A DNA stretch of 64,000 bases from an uncultured Bacilli bacterium (GTDB lineage Bacteria; Bacillota_I; Bacilli_A; RF39; UBA660), in contig CAKOLO010000004.1 of assembly GCA_934096235.1 (NCBI GenBank), forward strand, positions 3,551-67,550, read 5' to 3'. This document shows positions 19,572 to 29,483 of the stretch, piece after piece. Numbering within the stretch: the first letter of the stretch is position 1; each line of letters starts with the position of its first letter. The position numbers and the translations under genes are program-made. Below the pieces are notes generated by a model that was not told the origin of the DNA, did no database searches, and saw only the letters and a program-made list of their open reading frames with translations.

Positions 19572-20837
19572 TTAATCTTCTAAATTATAATTTATATTTT
19601 CTTTTGTTAGTTTTACTTTTATTATTTCATTTGGAGTTGCTTCTTTTATTTTTACAGGTATATAGTTTTCAGTGAAACCATGATAGAAGTCATTTTTAAA
19701 TTCTTCTACTAAAACTTCTTCTTCTTTTCCTATAAATTTTTTAAAGTATTCTTTTTCTAAATAATCTGATAGTTCTATTAATTTTCTAGCTCTTTCTTTT
19801 ACTATATTTCTTTGTACATGATTTGGCATTCTAGATGCTACTGTTCCATTTCTATCTGAATATGGGAATACATGTATTTTAGCAAATCCAATATTTTTAC
19901 AATAATTGTATGTTTCTTCAAAATCTTCTTCTGTTTCACCAGGAAATCCTACGATTACATCTGTTGTAAGTGAAATATCAGGTCTAAGACTTCTAATTGT
20001 ATTTACTTTATCTGTAAAATAATTTAAGTCATATCTTCTATTCATTGCTTTTAGTGTTTTATCGCATCCGGCTTGTAGTGGTATATGTAAATGTGATACA
20101 AATTTCTTATTATTTTTAATTATATCCATCATTTTATCATCTAGTTCTACTATTTCTACTGATGAAAGTCTTATTCTTTTTATTTGATCAACTTTACTTA
20201 TTTCATTTATCAAATCAGCAAGACGTTTACCGTCTGATGAGTATTGCCCTGTATGTATACCTGATAATACTATTTCTTTATGTCCTGAGAGAGCTAAATC
20301 ATTTACTTCAATAATACATTTATTAAAGTCTTTGCTTCTTACTCTTCCTCTTACGTATGGAATTATGCAATAACTGCAAAAATTATTACATCCATCTTCA
20401 ATTTTTATGAACGCCCTATGATGATGTTCATATTTTTTTATTTCCATATCTTCAAACACGTCTTCTTTAGAGTCATCAAACAATATTATTCTTTCATGAT
20501 TTTTTTCATAATCTTTGATACATTTTAATACTTTTGTTTTATTTTTAGTTCCAAGTATTATTTCAGCATCTATTAAATCATTAATATTATCTTTTCTAAA
20601 CTCACAAAAACATCCGAATGCTACTACTATTGCATTTGGATTATTTTTTCTTATATTATTTATTACTTGTTTACTTTTATTGTCTGCTGTATTTGTTACT
20701 GTACATGTATTAACTAAACAAATATCAGCATTTTCTTCTACTTCATTATATCCTTCGTTTAAAAGCAAATTTCTTACGAATTCACTTTCGTAAGAATTAA
20801 CTTTGCAACCTAATGTTTTTATTAAAAATGTTTTCAT
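19572..20837 (-). CDS. mtaB: MiaB-family radical-SAM methylthiotransferase (MtaB-like)
   Basis: UPF0004 N-terminal domain, CxxxCxxC radical-SAM motif (CNNFCSYC) and TRAM-like C-terminus. YqeV synteny with rsmE. Confidence 0.8.
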   Translation of the reverse strand: MKTFLIKTLGCKVNSYESEFVRNLLLNEGYNEVEENADICLVNTCTVTNTADNKSKQVINNIRKNNPNAIVVAFGCFCEFRKDNINDLIDAEIILGTKNKTKVLKCIKDYEKNHERIILFDDSKEDVFEDMEIKKYEHHHRAFIKIEDGCNNFCSYCIIPYVRGRVRSKDFNKCIIEVNDLALSGHKEIVLSGIHTGQYSSDGKRLADLINEISKVDQIKRIRLSSVEIVELDDKMMDIIKNNKKFVSHLHIPLQAGCDKTLKAMNRRYDLNYFTDKVNTIRSLRPDISLTTDVIVGFPGETEEDFEETYNYCKNIGFAKIHVFPYSDRNGTVASRMPNHVQRNIVKERARKLIELSDYLEKEYFKKFIGKEEEVLVEEFKNDFYHGFTENYIPVKIKEATPNEIIKVKLTKENINYNLED

Positions 20838-21547
20838 TCTAATGATAACCTGAACTCTTTAAGTATTTTTAAGTATTCTTCTTCTGCTACATAACTTACT
20901 GCTTGAGTTACTTCCTTTTCTTGTACTTCTATTTTGTTCACTTTTGGTGCACCCTTTTTATTTGTTTCTTCTTTATATGTTAATGTTATATTTGAAGCAT
21001 TTTTAAGTAGTTGTTCATAACTAATTATTGCTTTCTTTTCTTGTTCTTCTTCATATTTTTGGATAGCTACTTGGTTATCATTCATACCAAGATCTTCCAT
21101 TCTTTTTCTTGTGACTTTTTCTAATTCTTCAGTTGAAATTACTGCGTTTTCTTCTTCTCCATTTTCATATTCTTCAATTACATCATCGTATGTTTTAACA
21201 TTTGGTAAATCTATTTGTTTTACTAATGGTTTATTTTCATCAATAACATCTTCTTTTGAAGTTGCCATTAAACTATTTAATTCATCTAAAATATCAAACT
21301 CTTCCTTATCTTCTTTTTTAGGTTCTTCCATTTTAGTTTCTAGTGGTTTTACCTCTTCTACTGGTTTTTTGAATTTACTTTCAAGGTCAATTTTTTCTTG
21401 TTCTCTTCTTACTATTTCCAAGTATTCATTTCTTGTTTTAACAAGTGCTAAAACAAGTGTTACTAAAATAATTAGCATAAGTATTAAGAAGATTAGAAAA
21501 AAGTCTCCAGTCATAAAAGTTTCTAAAAATTTGTCAAAGTTTTCCAT
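20834..21547 (-). CDS. Hypothetical membrane-anchored acidic protein
   Basis: N-terminal TM helix followed by a Glu/Lys-rich region. Confidence 0.35.
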   Translation of the reverse strand: MENFDKFLETFMTGDFFLIFLILMLIILVTLVLALVKTRNEYLEIVRREQEKIDLESKFKKPVEEVKPLETKMEEPKKEDKEEFDILDELNSLMATSKEDVIDENKPLVKQIDLPNVKTYDDVIEEYENGEEENAVISTEELEKVTRKRMEDLGMNDNQVAIQKYEEEQEKKAIISYEQLLKNASNITLTYKEETNKKGAPKVNKIEVQEKEVTQAVSYVAEEEYLKILKEFRLSLE

Positions 21548-22259
21548 TATTACCACATTCCTTCAAGTATTTTAGGATAGATGCTATCATAAGTGGTACT
21601 GTTTCTGTTCTAAGTACATCACTTCCAAGTGAAGTTTTTATGAAACCTTTTTTGCTAAGTTCTTCTTCTTCACTCTTTGATAGACCACCTTCCGGTCCAA
21701 ATACTATACTAATTGTATCATTACAATTATCAAGTGTTAATACCTTTACTATACTGTTTACATCTTGCTTGTCAAGTGAACACATTATGTTTACATTTTC
21801 GCTTGCTTCAATGTCTTTGACTTCTATGATTCTTTCTATGTTCGGTTTAGTTAATCTATAACATTGTTCTGTCGCTTCTTTCACTATTTTAGCCCATCTT
21901 TGAAGTTTTTTATCGAAATCTTTTGTCTTTAATTTGTATTTACAATGACTATACATTACTACTACGTAATCAGTTATTCCTAATTCAGTGCCATGTTGTA
22001 ATATAAAGCTCATTTTCTCTTCTGATAGAAGTGGCATATATAGTTTTATTTTATTTTCTTTAGTATTTTCTTTAAATACTTCTTTGATACTAGCTGATAA
22101 TAAATCTTTATTTAAAGAGCAAATATAGCTTTTATTTTCATACGCAACAATTACTTCATCATTTTCTTTCATTCTCATTACATTTTTTATATGATTTAAG
22201 TCTTCATTATTTAAGTATATTATATTATCATGTTTTTCTTTTCCAAAGTATTGTTGCAT
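21534..22259 (-). CDS. rsmE: 16S rRNA (uracil1498-N3)-methyltransferase RsmE
   Basis: RsmE family length and motifs. Adjacent to mtaB as in Bacillus yqeU-yqeV. Confidence 0.75.
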   Translation of the reverse strand: MQQYFGKEKHDNIIYLNNEDLNHIKNVMRMKENDEVIVAYENKSYICSLNKDLLSASIKEVFKENTKENKIKLYMPLLSEEKMSFILQHGTELGITDYVVVMYSHCKYKLKTKDFDKKLQRWAKIVKEATEQCYRLTKPNIERIIEVKDIEASENVNIMCSLDKQDVNSIVKVLTLDNCNDTISIVFGPEGGLSKSEEEELSKKGFIKTSLGSDVLRTETVPLMIASILKYLKECGNNGKL

Positions 22260-22267
22260 ATTGCCTC

Positions 22268-22567
22268 CTATTTAAGTATTATTATAGTTTCACCATCATT
22301 AAATATATTTAGTTTATATTCTAGAACTCTTTTATCTCTTTTTAGGTATTCATGTGTTGCTTCTCTTAGTATTCCTTCTCCTTTACCATGAACAACAATT
22401 AATTTTTTAGTACCTATTCTGTACTCATTATCTATAAAGTTTTTGACTATTGCAATTCCACCATATCTATCATAACCATGTATATCTATCGATGGAGCAT
22501 TATATAAAAATGGATCAATCCTTTTTATCATTTTAATTCCTCTTTTTTCATCTTTATTATAAAGCAT
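22268..22567 (-). CDS. Smr-domain protein
   Basis: DIHG...VHGKGEGIL Smr signature. Confidence 0.65.
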   Translation of the reverse strand: MLYNKDEKRGIKMIKRIDPFLYNAPSIDIHGYDRYGGIAIVKNFIDNEYRIGTKKLIVVHGKGEGILREATHEYLKRDKRVLEYKLNIFNDGETIIILK

Positions 22568-22618
22568 ATATTCGTTAATTACAATTAAAAAGTATCCATA
22601 AAGGATACTCTTTTCAAA

Positions 22619-23152
22619 TTATTTATTTAAAGCTTCTACTAAATCAGCTTTTTTCATTGAAGAAGTAACTTCGATTCCTTTTTCAGCACAAGCAGCTTTT
22701 AATTCAGCTACTGTTAATTTAGAATAATCAGTTTTAGCTTCTACAGTTTTTTCAACTTTTGCTTCTACTTCTTTAGCTTCTTTTTTTGGAGTTTTTCCTT
22801 CTAAAGCATCTTTAGAAAGTTTAACTAATTTAGTGAATTCTTCTGGAGCGAATATAGCAAGTTCACTTAACATTTTTCTATTGATTTCGATATTAGCTTT
22901 CTTTAGTCCATTAATGAATTTAGAATATACTATATCGTTTGCTCTACAAGCTGCATTAATTCTTGTAATCCATAATTTTCTGAAGTCGTTAGCTCTTTTC
23001 TTTCTATCATTAAAGCTGTAAGCTCCACTATGGAATAATTGTTCTTGTGCAGTCTTGTATAATCTATGTTTACTTCCAAAATATCCTTTAGCTCTTTTTA
23101 ATACTTTTCTTCTTCTATTTTTAGAAACATTTCCGCCTTTAACTCTTGCCAT
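22619..23152 (-). CDS. rplT: 50S ribosomal protein bL20 with roughly 58-aa C-terminal extension containing a SAP/Rho-N-like helix-turn-helix
   Basis: Residues 1-119 match bL20. The extension ...[32 protein letters not shown] follows. Confidence 0.85.
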   Translation of the reverse strand: MARVKGGNVSKNRRRKVLKRAKGYFGSKHRLYKTAQEQLFHSGAYSFNDRKKRANDFRKLWITRINAACRANDIVYSKFINGLKKANIEINRKMLSELAIFAPEEFTKLVKLSKDALEGKTPKKEAKEVEAKVEKTVEAKTDYSKLTVAELKAACAEKGIEVTSSMKKADLVEALNK

Positions 23153-23165
23153 TTATAACCCCTCC

Positions 23166-23357
23166 TTACTTAACAAGTCCTCTATATCTTTTAGCATCTC
23201 CGCTACTTAATATAGAACCCTTTCTTGATTTTCTATTGAAATCTGTTGATTTCTTTCCACTATTGTGGTTTGCTCCTACGTGTCCAATTTTTGTTGAACC
23301 AGAATTTCTTACTAAGATTTTTTTACTGATTCCACCATGTGATTTCATCTTTGGCAT
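23166..23357 (-). CDS. rpmI: 50S ribosomal protein bL35
   Basis: MPKMKSH... start. Basic 63-aa protein between infC and rplT. Confidence 0.8.
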   Translation of the reverse strand: MPKMKSHGGISKKILVRNSGSTKIGHVGANHNSGKKSTDFNRKSRKGSILSSGDAKRYRGLVK

Positions 23358-23375
23358 ATAATTCATTCTTCCTTT

Positions 23376-23912
23376 CTACTTTTTTGGTGTTAAGAATAGT
23401 TGCATACTTCTACCTTCCATTTTTGGCATTTGTTCTATGTCTGCAACATCATTTAATCTTTCTGCAAACTTCATTATTATGTCGCGTCCTAATTCTGGAT
23501 GAGCCATTTGTCTTCCTTTGAATCTTACTGCAACTTTAATCTTATGACCTTTTTCAATATATGCTTTCGCATTTCTTAATTTTGTTTCAAAATCTCCAAC
23601 ATCGATAGTAACACTTAAACGATACTCTTTTGTTTCAAGATTTTGTTCTCTTTGCTTTTTCTTTGCTTCCTTTTCTCTTTTTTGTTTTTCATAACGAAAC
23701 TTGTTATAGTCAATAATTTTGCATACTGGATTTTTAGGATCGTTATTTAACAAAACTAAGTCAAGTCCTGCATATTTAGCAAGTGTTTTAGCATCATTTA
23801 TATTTTTGATGCCCATTTTTTCTCCATTAGGTCCTATTACCATAACGTTTTGAAAAGTTATTTGTTCATTAATTTGAACTTCGTTTTGCTTAGCTATTGC
23901 TAACACCTCCAT
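23376..23912 (-). CDS. infC: Translation initiation factor IF-3 (true start may be a non-ATG codon just downstream of the annotated ATG)
   Basis: IF-3 N- and C-domain motifs. GGAGGTG lies inside the first codons and is followed 6 nt later by ATA. Confidence 0.85.
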   Translation of the reverse strand: MEVLAIAKQNEVQINEQITFQNVMVIGPNGEKMGIKNINDAKTLAKYAGLDLVLLNNDPKNPVCKIIDYNKFRYEKQKREKEAKKKQREQNLETKEYRLSVTIDVGDFETKLRNAKAYIEKGHKIKVAVRFKGRQMAHPELGRDIIMKFAERLNDVADIEQMPKMEGRSMQLFLTPKK

Positions 23913-23921
23913 ATTTTATTA

Positions 23922-23951
23922 TTTGAAAAAAGTGGACATAAGAGTCCACTT
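23922..23951 (-). promoter_or_regulatory. Attenuator/terminator hairpin in the infC-rpmI-rplT leader (L20-autoregulated-leader-like)
   Basis: AGTGGAC/GTCCACT stem plus T6 on the minus strand, 10 nt upstream of the infC ATG. Confidence 0.45.
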
Positions 23952-24044
23952 TAAAAACGTATTTTTTACAAATAAGCTTTTGTACCAATGTATCTATACA
24001 TCTGGTGAAGAGTGGCTCTCTTTCTTTCTTTTTCAACGATATTG

Positions 24045-24073
24045 ATTATATATTAATATTATTATTTTGTCAA
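24045..24073 (-). promoter_or_regulatory. Consensus sigma-A promoter TTGACA-17-TATAAT for the infC operon
   Basis: Exact consensus hexamers with a 17-nt spacer. The -35 overlaps the stop of the upstream gene. Confidence 0.5.
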
Positions 24074-25000
24074 GAAATTATTAATAATTTGTGATAAATT
24101 GCCCCTTATTTCGTATGACATTCCATTTTTTATAGCTGAAGATACGGTAGCGTTATCAAAAATATTAGCTAAAAAAGCAAATCCACTATAATTATATCTA
24201 GTATAATTTTTATCATTAAGTAAGAAACTAGCGACAATTCCATTTTCTATTTCATAATAACCAACTAACATTTTATAATTATTTTGACTTATTTCAAGAG
24301 TATACAATTTCTTATTTTTATATGTTGTATATTTAGCACTTCCAGTTAGATATCCAGCACTATTATATTTGTTTTTTATTATTGATGTTTTAGAATTTAT
24401 ATCTTTTATTGAAGTTTTATAAATTCCTTGAATAATAATTTCATCATCACCATTATTATTTTGAATTAATAGTACATTTTCTGTACCACTTGTTGTGAAT
24501 GTATACTTATATCCATCTCTTTTTATTAAAGTAGTTTCTTTAAATGTTATTGTGTTCTTTTTTACATTAGGATTACTACTTGAATTGTTATTATTGTTAC
24601 TATTTGTGTTATTATCATTTTTAGTAGATGTATTATCTTTTATAGTAATTGTACTATTGTTATCTGTTTTAATTGTTGGCATAAAAAGTATGAATATTAC
24701 TCCAATTACAAGTACTACAATAATAACTATTAGTGTGCTTAGATTATCTTTTCTTGGAATTTGTGTATTTTGATTATTATTATAGTTTACATTACTATTT
24801 AAATTATTATTAAAATTTCCATTATATTGATTATTATATCCAGTATTATTTGTAAAATGAATATTATTATTTGCCATTTGACTCGGCATAACATTATTAT
24901 TTATGTTTTGTGTATTAACAGGAGTACCGCATCTTCTACAATATTTATCTCCTGGCATTATATTATTTCCACAGTTCATGCATTTATTCATTTTACACAC
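24062..25000 (-). CDS. Zinc-ribbon / Asn-rich low-complexity / TM / extracytoplasmic-domain protein
   Basis: CMNCGN...CRRCG ribbon, N-rich tract, one TM helix. Confidence 0.4.
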   Translation of the reverse strand: MCKMNKCMNCGNNIMPGDKYCRRCGTPVNTQNINNNVMPSQMANNNIHFTNNTGYNNQYNGNFNNNLNSNVNYNNNQNTQIPRKDNLSTLIVIIVVLVIGVIFILFMPTIKTDNNSTITIKDNTSTKNDNNTNSNNNNNSSSNPNVKKNTITFKETTLIKRDGYKYTFTTSGTENVLLIQNNNGDDEIIIQGIYKTSIKDINSKTSIIKNKYNSAGYLTGSAKYTTYKNKKLYTLEISQNNYKMLVGYYEIENGIVASFLLNDKNYTRYNYSGFAFLANIFDNATVSSAIKNGMSYEIRGNLSQIINNFLTK

Positions 25001-25189
25001 TTCCTATTATATATTTATTTTATCATATATTAAGAGAAATGCAATAAAAAAGCACCCGAAGGTGCTTGTTAACATCGTAATCGTTATCAGTTTTTTTACT
25101 CTATACTTACCACCTACCTTATGTATCCATTATATTTATCTAATGTGAAAATTAGGTGTAATTTATATTAAAACTATATAACTTTACAA

Positions 25190-26611
25190 TTAGTATTGTA
25201 TACCCCAAACTACTTTATGTTTTGCTTTCTTTCCGCATACAACACATACTTCATCTTCATAGTCTTTTGATTCAACTATGCATCTTGACTTTGTACCTTT
25301 TATTTCTTTCATTTTAAGTTCACATTCTAAGTCTCCACACCAATGTGCATTTACAAATCCTGGATGATTATTCATTATTTCTTCTACATCTTTTTGTGTT
25401 TTAGCATCATATGTTTTATTTTTAGTATTTTCAAGAGCTTTATTATACAAATTATCTTGTATATCATTTAATAGTCTTTGAACATTTTCTAGTACATTAT
25501 CTTTGTTTACTAGTTCTTTTTCACTAGTATCTCTTCTAACAAGTGTTACGTTATTATTTTCTAAATCTCTTGGTCCTACTTCTATTCTAACTGGTATACC
25601 ATTAACTTCTGCTTCAGCAAATTTAAATCCTGCACTTTTATCAGTAGTATCTATATAAGAAATAATATTATTTTTCTTTAACTCATCGTTTAATTTATCA
25701 CATACTTCTAAAAGTTCATCAGTCATTTTAATTGGTACAATACATACTTGTTTTGGTGCTATTTTAGGTGGCAATACTAGACCTTTATCATCTCCATGAA
25801 CCATTATTAAAGCACCTATCATTCTTGTAGTTGAACCCCATGATGTTTGATAACAATAATCAAATTTATTTTCTTTGTTTACAAATTTTACATCATACGC
25901 TTTGGCAAATTTTTGTCCGAAGTAATGGCTAGTTGCTGATTGAAGGCATACTCCATTTTGCATCATTGCTTCTACTGTTAGTGTATACTCTGCTCCTGCA
26001 AATTTTTCTTTTTCAGTTTTTCTTCCTGTTATTACTGGTATTGCTAAATATTCTTCAAAGAATCTTTTATATGTATTTAACATTTTGTCTGTTTCTTCCA
26101 TTGCTTCTTTAGCAGTCGCATGAACAGTATGTCCTTCTTGCCATAAGAATTCTCTACTTCTTAAAAATGGTCTTGTTTCTTTTTCCCATCTTATAACATT
26201 ACACCATTGATTATATAATTTTGGTAAATCTCTATATGTCTTAACTGCATTTTTATAATAGTCGCAGAATAGTGACTCACTTGTAGGTCTGAATGCTAAT
26301 CTTTCTTCTAATTTATTGCTTCCACCTTCTGTTACCCATGCTACTTCTGGAGCAAACCCTTCTACAAGTTCACCTTCTTTTTTTAGTAGATTTTCTGGTA
26401 TCATAACTGGTAAATATACATTTTGATGTCCTAATTCTTTAAACATTCCATCCATTACTTTTTGTATATTTTCCCATATAGCATAACCATTTGGTTCAAA
26501 AATAATAAATCCTTTTACATTTGAATATTCTGCTAAGTGAGCTGCTTTAACTACATCTGTATACCAAGATGCGAAGTCTTTACTTCTTTCTGTTATTTTT
26601 TCATTTTTCAT
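25190..26611 (-). CDS. proS: Prolyl-tRNA synthetase, archaeal/eukaryotic-like type (no INS editing domain, C-terminal Zn-binding domain)
   Basis: Class II motifs (FRPTSE, WGSTTR) and a C-terminal cysteine cluster. Start taken at MKNEK. Confidence 0.85.
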   Translation of the reverse strand: MKNEKITERSKDFASWYTDVVKAAHLAEYSNVKGFIIFEPNGYAIWENIQKVMDGMFKELGHQNVYLPVMIPENLLKKEGELVEGFAPEVAWVTEGGSNKLEERLAFRPTSESLFCDYYKNAVKTYRDLPKLYNQWCNVIRWEKETRPFLRSREFLWQEGHTVHATAKEAMEETDKMLNTYKRFFEEYLAIPVITGRKTEKEKFAGAEYTLTVEAMMQNGVCLQSATSHYFGQKFAKAYDVKFVNKENKFDYCYQTSWGSTTRMIGALIMVHGDDKGLVLPPKIAPKQVCIVPIKMTDELLEVCDKLNDELKKNNIISYIDTTDKSAGFKFAEAEVNGIPVRIEVGPRDLENNNVTLVRRDTSEKELVNKDNVLENVQRLLNDIQDNLYNKALENTKNKTYDAKTQKDVEEIMNNHPGFVNAHWCGDLECELKMKEIKGTKSRCIVESKDYEDEVCVVCGKKAKHKVVWGIQY

Positions 26612-26820
26612 ATAATTATTCCTTTCTAAAATAAAAAGGATGGTCACTAAGGAGTCTATTAGACGGTACCATCCTTTATTTATCTTTCTTTTATAACGAC
26701 TTTTTAGGCCGATTTTGCATATATTGAGGTAGGAGTTAATAAATATATTATCTAGTTTCCACTATCCTAGAATCACTGTAAAAATGGATTTAAAAACATT
26801 CCTCAAGCAAATTTATGTAT
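26612..26820 (-). promoter_or_regulatory. T-box riboswitch leader upstream of archaeal-type proS
   Basis: AATAAAGGATGGTACCGTC T-box sequence overlaps the 5' arm of a terminator (AGGATGGT...ACCATCCT plus U-run), about 200-nt leader. Confidence 0.55.
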
Positions 26821-26822
26821 AG

Positions 26823-26851
26823 ATTATAACACAATTAAATACAATAATCAA
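26823..26851 (-). promoter_or_regulatory. Promoter TTGATT-17-TGtTATAAT (extended -10) for the proS T-box leader
   Basis: Seen in sequence. Confidence 0.4.
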
Positions 26852-26970
26852 TTAATTTGTTTACACATTTTATGTAAAATTTTTAAAAATATGTTTTTTT
26901 AACTTAAAGATTTTTCTTATATATGCTATATTAGTTTGACCTGCTTATTTTAGGTAGAAAGGATGATAAT

Positions 26971-27849
26971 ATGAATTATATCAATAAAATAATAGTTTAT
27001 ATAGCTAATTTTACTTCTTTAGATGAAAAGTATATCTTGTCAATATTTCAATCTTTATTTGTATTCTTTATTTTTAAACTTATTTATAAATTTATTGAGG
27101 TTATTAATAATCGTTTTAATCCTAATGATAAGAAAAAATATACTTTAAATAAGAATGTTAAACTTATGTGTACTATTTTAACTATACTTTGTTTCTTTCT
27201 TATATGGCAAGATTACTTTAAAGATTTTTTAACATTTATTAGTATTATTTCTGCGGCTTTGACTTTAGCTGTTAGGGATATCGTTGTTAACTTCTTTTCT
27301 GGTATTTATATAAAGGTTGCAAAACCATTCAAGGTAGAAGATAGAATTGCTATTGGAAATTCTATTGGAGATGTTATTAACATTAGTATTTTATCTTTTG
27401 AAATATTAGAAGTTCGTAGTGAAGAAGAAGGAGAACAAAGTACTGGTATTATTATTCAAGTTCCTGCATCTAAGATTTTTACTGAATATTTAAAGAATTA
27501 TTCTAAAGCATTTAAATATGTTTGGAAAGAAATGTCTATTAAAGTGCCTATTGATAGTAATGTTGTTAAAGTTAAAAAAGAGTTATATAGAATTATTAGA
27601 AATAATCAAGTAGTTTCTTCTATTCCAAATAAAATGGAAAGACAACTTGATAATGCTACTGGGGAATATAGAATTTATTATAACAAGTTAGATCCTATTA
27701 TCTATACTAAAATAGTTGATAATTATGTATTGCTTACGATGAGATTTTTAGTTCATCCTAAAAAAGTACGTAATGTAGAAAATGAAATATGGAATCAAGT
27801 TCTTATATCAGCTAACAATGGTAAGATCAAATTATATTCTAGTGAATAA
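26971..27849 (+). CDS. MscS-family small-conductance mechanosensitive channel
   Basis: Three TM helices plus the MscS beta domain. Confidence 0.75.
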   Translation: MNYINKIIVYIANFTSLDEKYILSIFQSLFVFFIFKLIYKFIEVINNRFNPNDKKKYTLNKNVKLMCTILTILCFFLIWQDYFKDFLTFISIISAALTLAVRDIVVNFFSGIYIKVAKPFKVEDRIAIGNSIGDVINISILSFEILEVRSEEEGEQSTGIIIQVPASKIFTEYLKNYSKAFKYVWKEMSIKVPIDSNVVKVKKELYRIIRNNQVVSSIPNKMERQLDNATGEYRIYYNKLDPIIYTKIVDNYVLLTMRFLVHPKKVRNVENEIWNQVLISANNGKIKLYSSE

Positions 27850-27882
27850 AAAAATATTGCATAAGCAATATTTTTATTTTAA

Positions 27883-28320
27883 TTATTTATTCTTTTTAGA
27901 TTTATTATCTTCTTCTAATCTTTCTTGAATTTCTTTAACAACTTTTAATGCTTGTTTTCTTACTTCATCAGCAGCTTTTTCTACTACTGGAGTACTTTTT
28001 TCAATAGCATATTTATAAAGTTCTTCAGCCTTTTCTTTGATTTTTTGTGCTTGCTCTAAAGCTAAATCTTTAGCTTTTTCTTTATCTAAAGCAGCAAGTT
28101 CAGCTTGTAATGTTTCAGCTTTAAATAATAATTCATCTTTAACTTCGTCTAAATCTACTTCTCTTAATTTATCAAGTAATTCATCTACTTTTTTCTTAAG
28201 AACTTTTCTTGTATTTTTTCCTTTATCAGGAGCAAATAATAATCCTAAACCAGCACCAATTGCTAAGCCACCTACGAATTTTCCAAATCCGCCTTTTCTT
28301 TCTTTACTCATCGTCATCAA
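27883..28320 (-). CDS. YtxH-like membrane-associated protein
   Basis: GFGKFVGGLAIGAGLGLLFAP N-terminus followed by coiled coil. Confidence 0.5.
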   Translation of the reverse strand: MMTMSKERKGGFGKFVGGLAIGAGLGLLFAPDKGKNTRKVLKKKVDELLDKLREVDLDEVKDELLFKAETLQAELAALDKEKAKDLALEQAQKIKEKAEELYKYAIEKSTPVVEKAADEVRKQALKVVKEIQERLEEDNKSKKNK

Positions 28321-28597
28321 CCTTCACTTTCTTTGTATTTCTTTTTTTAAATAATTTACTAAATGCACTTGATACAAAATTAATTACTGTATCACTTACC
28401 ATAGATACTCTATCAGTAGCAAAGTCTATAATATTAAATAATTTATCTAGTGATTTTGCTTTTTCTGAGATATCTTCTAAAATATCATCTACTTTATTCA
28501 TTGTGATAATTAATTTAATACCAATCCATATTGCCACAACTAGAAGTACTATTAATAAAAAGTATATTACTATAGGTAGTGCTTCTGCTAAATTCAT
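28304..28597 (-). CDS. DUF948 (YtxG-like) membrane protein
   Basis: Single N-terminal TM helix. Synteny with the ytxH-like gene. Confidence 0.5.
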   Translation of the reverse strand: MNLAEALPIVIYFLLIVLLVVAIWIGIKLIITMNKVDDILEDISEKAKSLDKLFNIIDFATDRVSMVSDTVINFVSSAFSKLFKKRNTKKVKVDDDE

Positions 28598-28599
28598 TT

Positions 28600-29466
28600 C
28601 TAATCCTCCTTATCGTCATACATTGAATCTATTAAATTAAATAGATCATGTTCTAAAGTACTATTAGTCATAGTTTTGTCATTATCACTATCACTTTTGT
28701 CTTCAGTGTCAGTATCATCGAAGTTTTCAAGTTCCATTTTATCTTCTAACTCTCCTACTGATACATCAGCAGTAGTACTTTCAATTTTGCTAATTATGTC
28801 TTCTATCTTACTAGTTTTTTTATCTAATTCATTTACTGAATCATCTATTTTATTTATTTCATTGCTTATAACTTCTGGAGTTAATTTATTCATTGAATTT
28901 AATGTATCTTCTAATTCATCTTCAAGTGTACCATATGCTTTTCTTCTAACAGTATCATATGTACTTGCTGTATCTTTTATAACTGGTTCTTGTACCTTAG
29001 TTATAGTTTTACTAACAACTTCATCTTTTTTGTAGTCTTTATCTAATATACCATAAATTGGTGATATAACTGGACTTGGTTTAAAGATCTTTGGTTGTTC
29101 TGGTATAGCTGGTTTTTGTACTTCTTGTCTTTTAGTAACTTTTGGTTCGCTATTTAGTACACTTCTTCTTGGAGGTAAATCTACATCTTCATCATCAAAC
29201 TCTGTGAAATTAAATGTTCTTTCACTTCTAAAAAGTTCTCTTTCACTAAAATTATTATCTCTTTTAGGTTCTTCAGTAACTCTTTTAACTTCTTCTATTT
29301 CACGTTTTGGTTCTTCTCTAGTAATTTTAATTTCTTCAACTCTAGGTTTTTCCTCTACTTCTTTTTCCTTTTTTACTACTTTATCTACTTTTTTAATTTC
29401 AGCTTCTGGTTCATCAACATATTCTTCATCATAGAATATATTTTTAAGTTTATTAAAAAGTCCCAC
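28600..29466 (-). CDS. Hypothetical acidic protein with SepF-like N-terminal amphipathic helix (MGLFNKLKNIF)
   Basis: N-terminus resembles the SepF membrane-targeting helix, but no SepF C-terminal domain is recognisable. Confidence 0.3.
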   Translation of the reverse strand: MGLFNKLKNIFYDEEYVDEPEAEIKKVDKVVKKEKEVEEKPRVEEIKITREEPKREIEEVKRVTEEPKRDNNFSERELFRSERTFNFTEFDDEDVDLPPRRSVLNSEPKVTKRQEVQKPAIPEQPKIFKPSPVISPIYGILDKDYKKDEVVSKTITKVQEPVIKDTASTYDTVRRKAYGTLEDELEDTLNSMNKLTPEVISNEINKIDDSVNELDKKTSKIEDIISKIESTTADVSVGELEDKMELENFDDTDTEDKSDSDNDKTMTNSTLEHDLFNLIDSMYDDKED

Positions 29467-29483
29467 AATTGCACCTCTTTCTT

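Noticed and set aside
28600-29466. Calling the 288-aa acidic protein SepF.
   Set aside because: Only the N-terminal amphipathic helix (MGLFNKLKNIF) resembles SepF. The conserved SepF C-terminal domain is absent.
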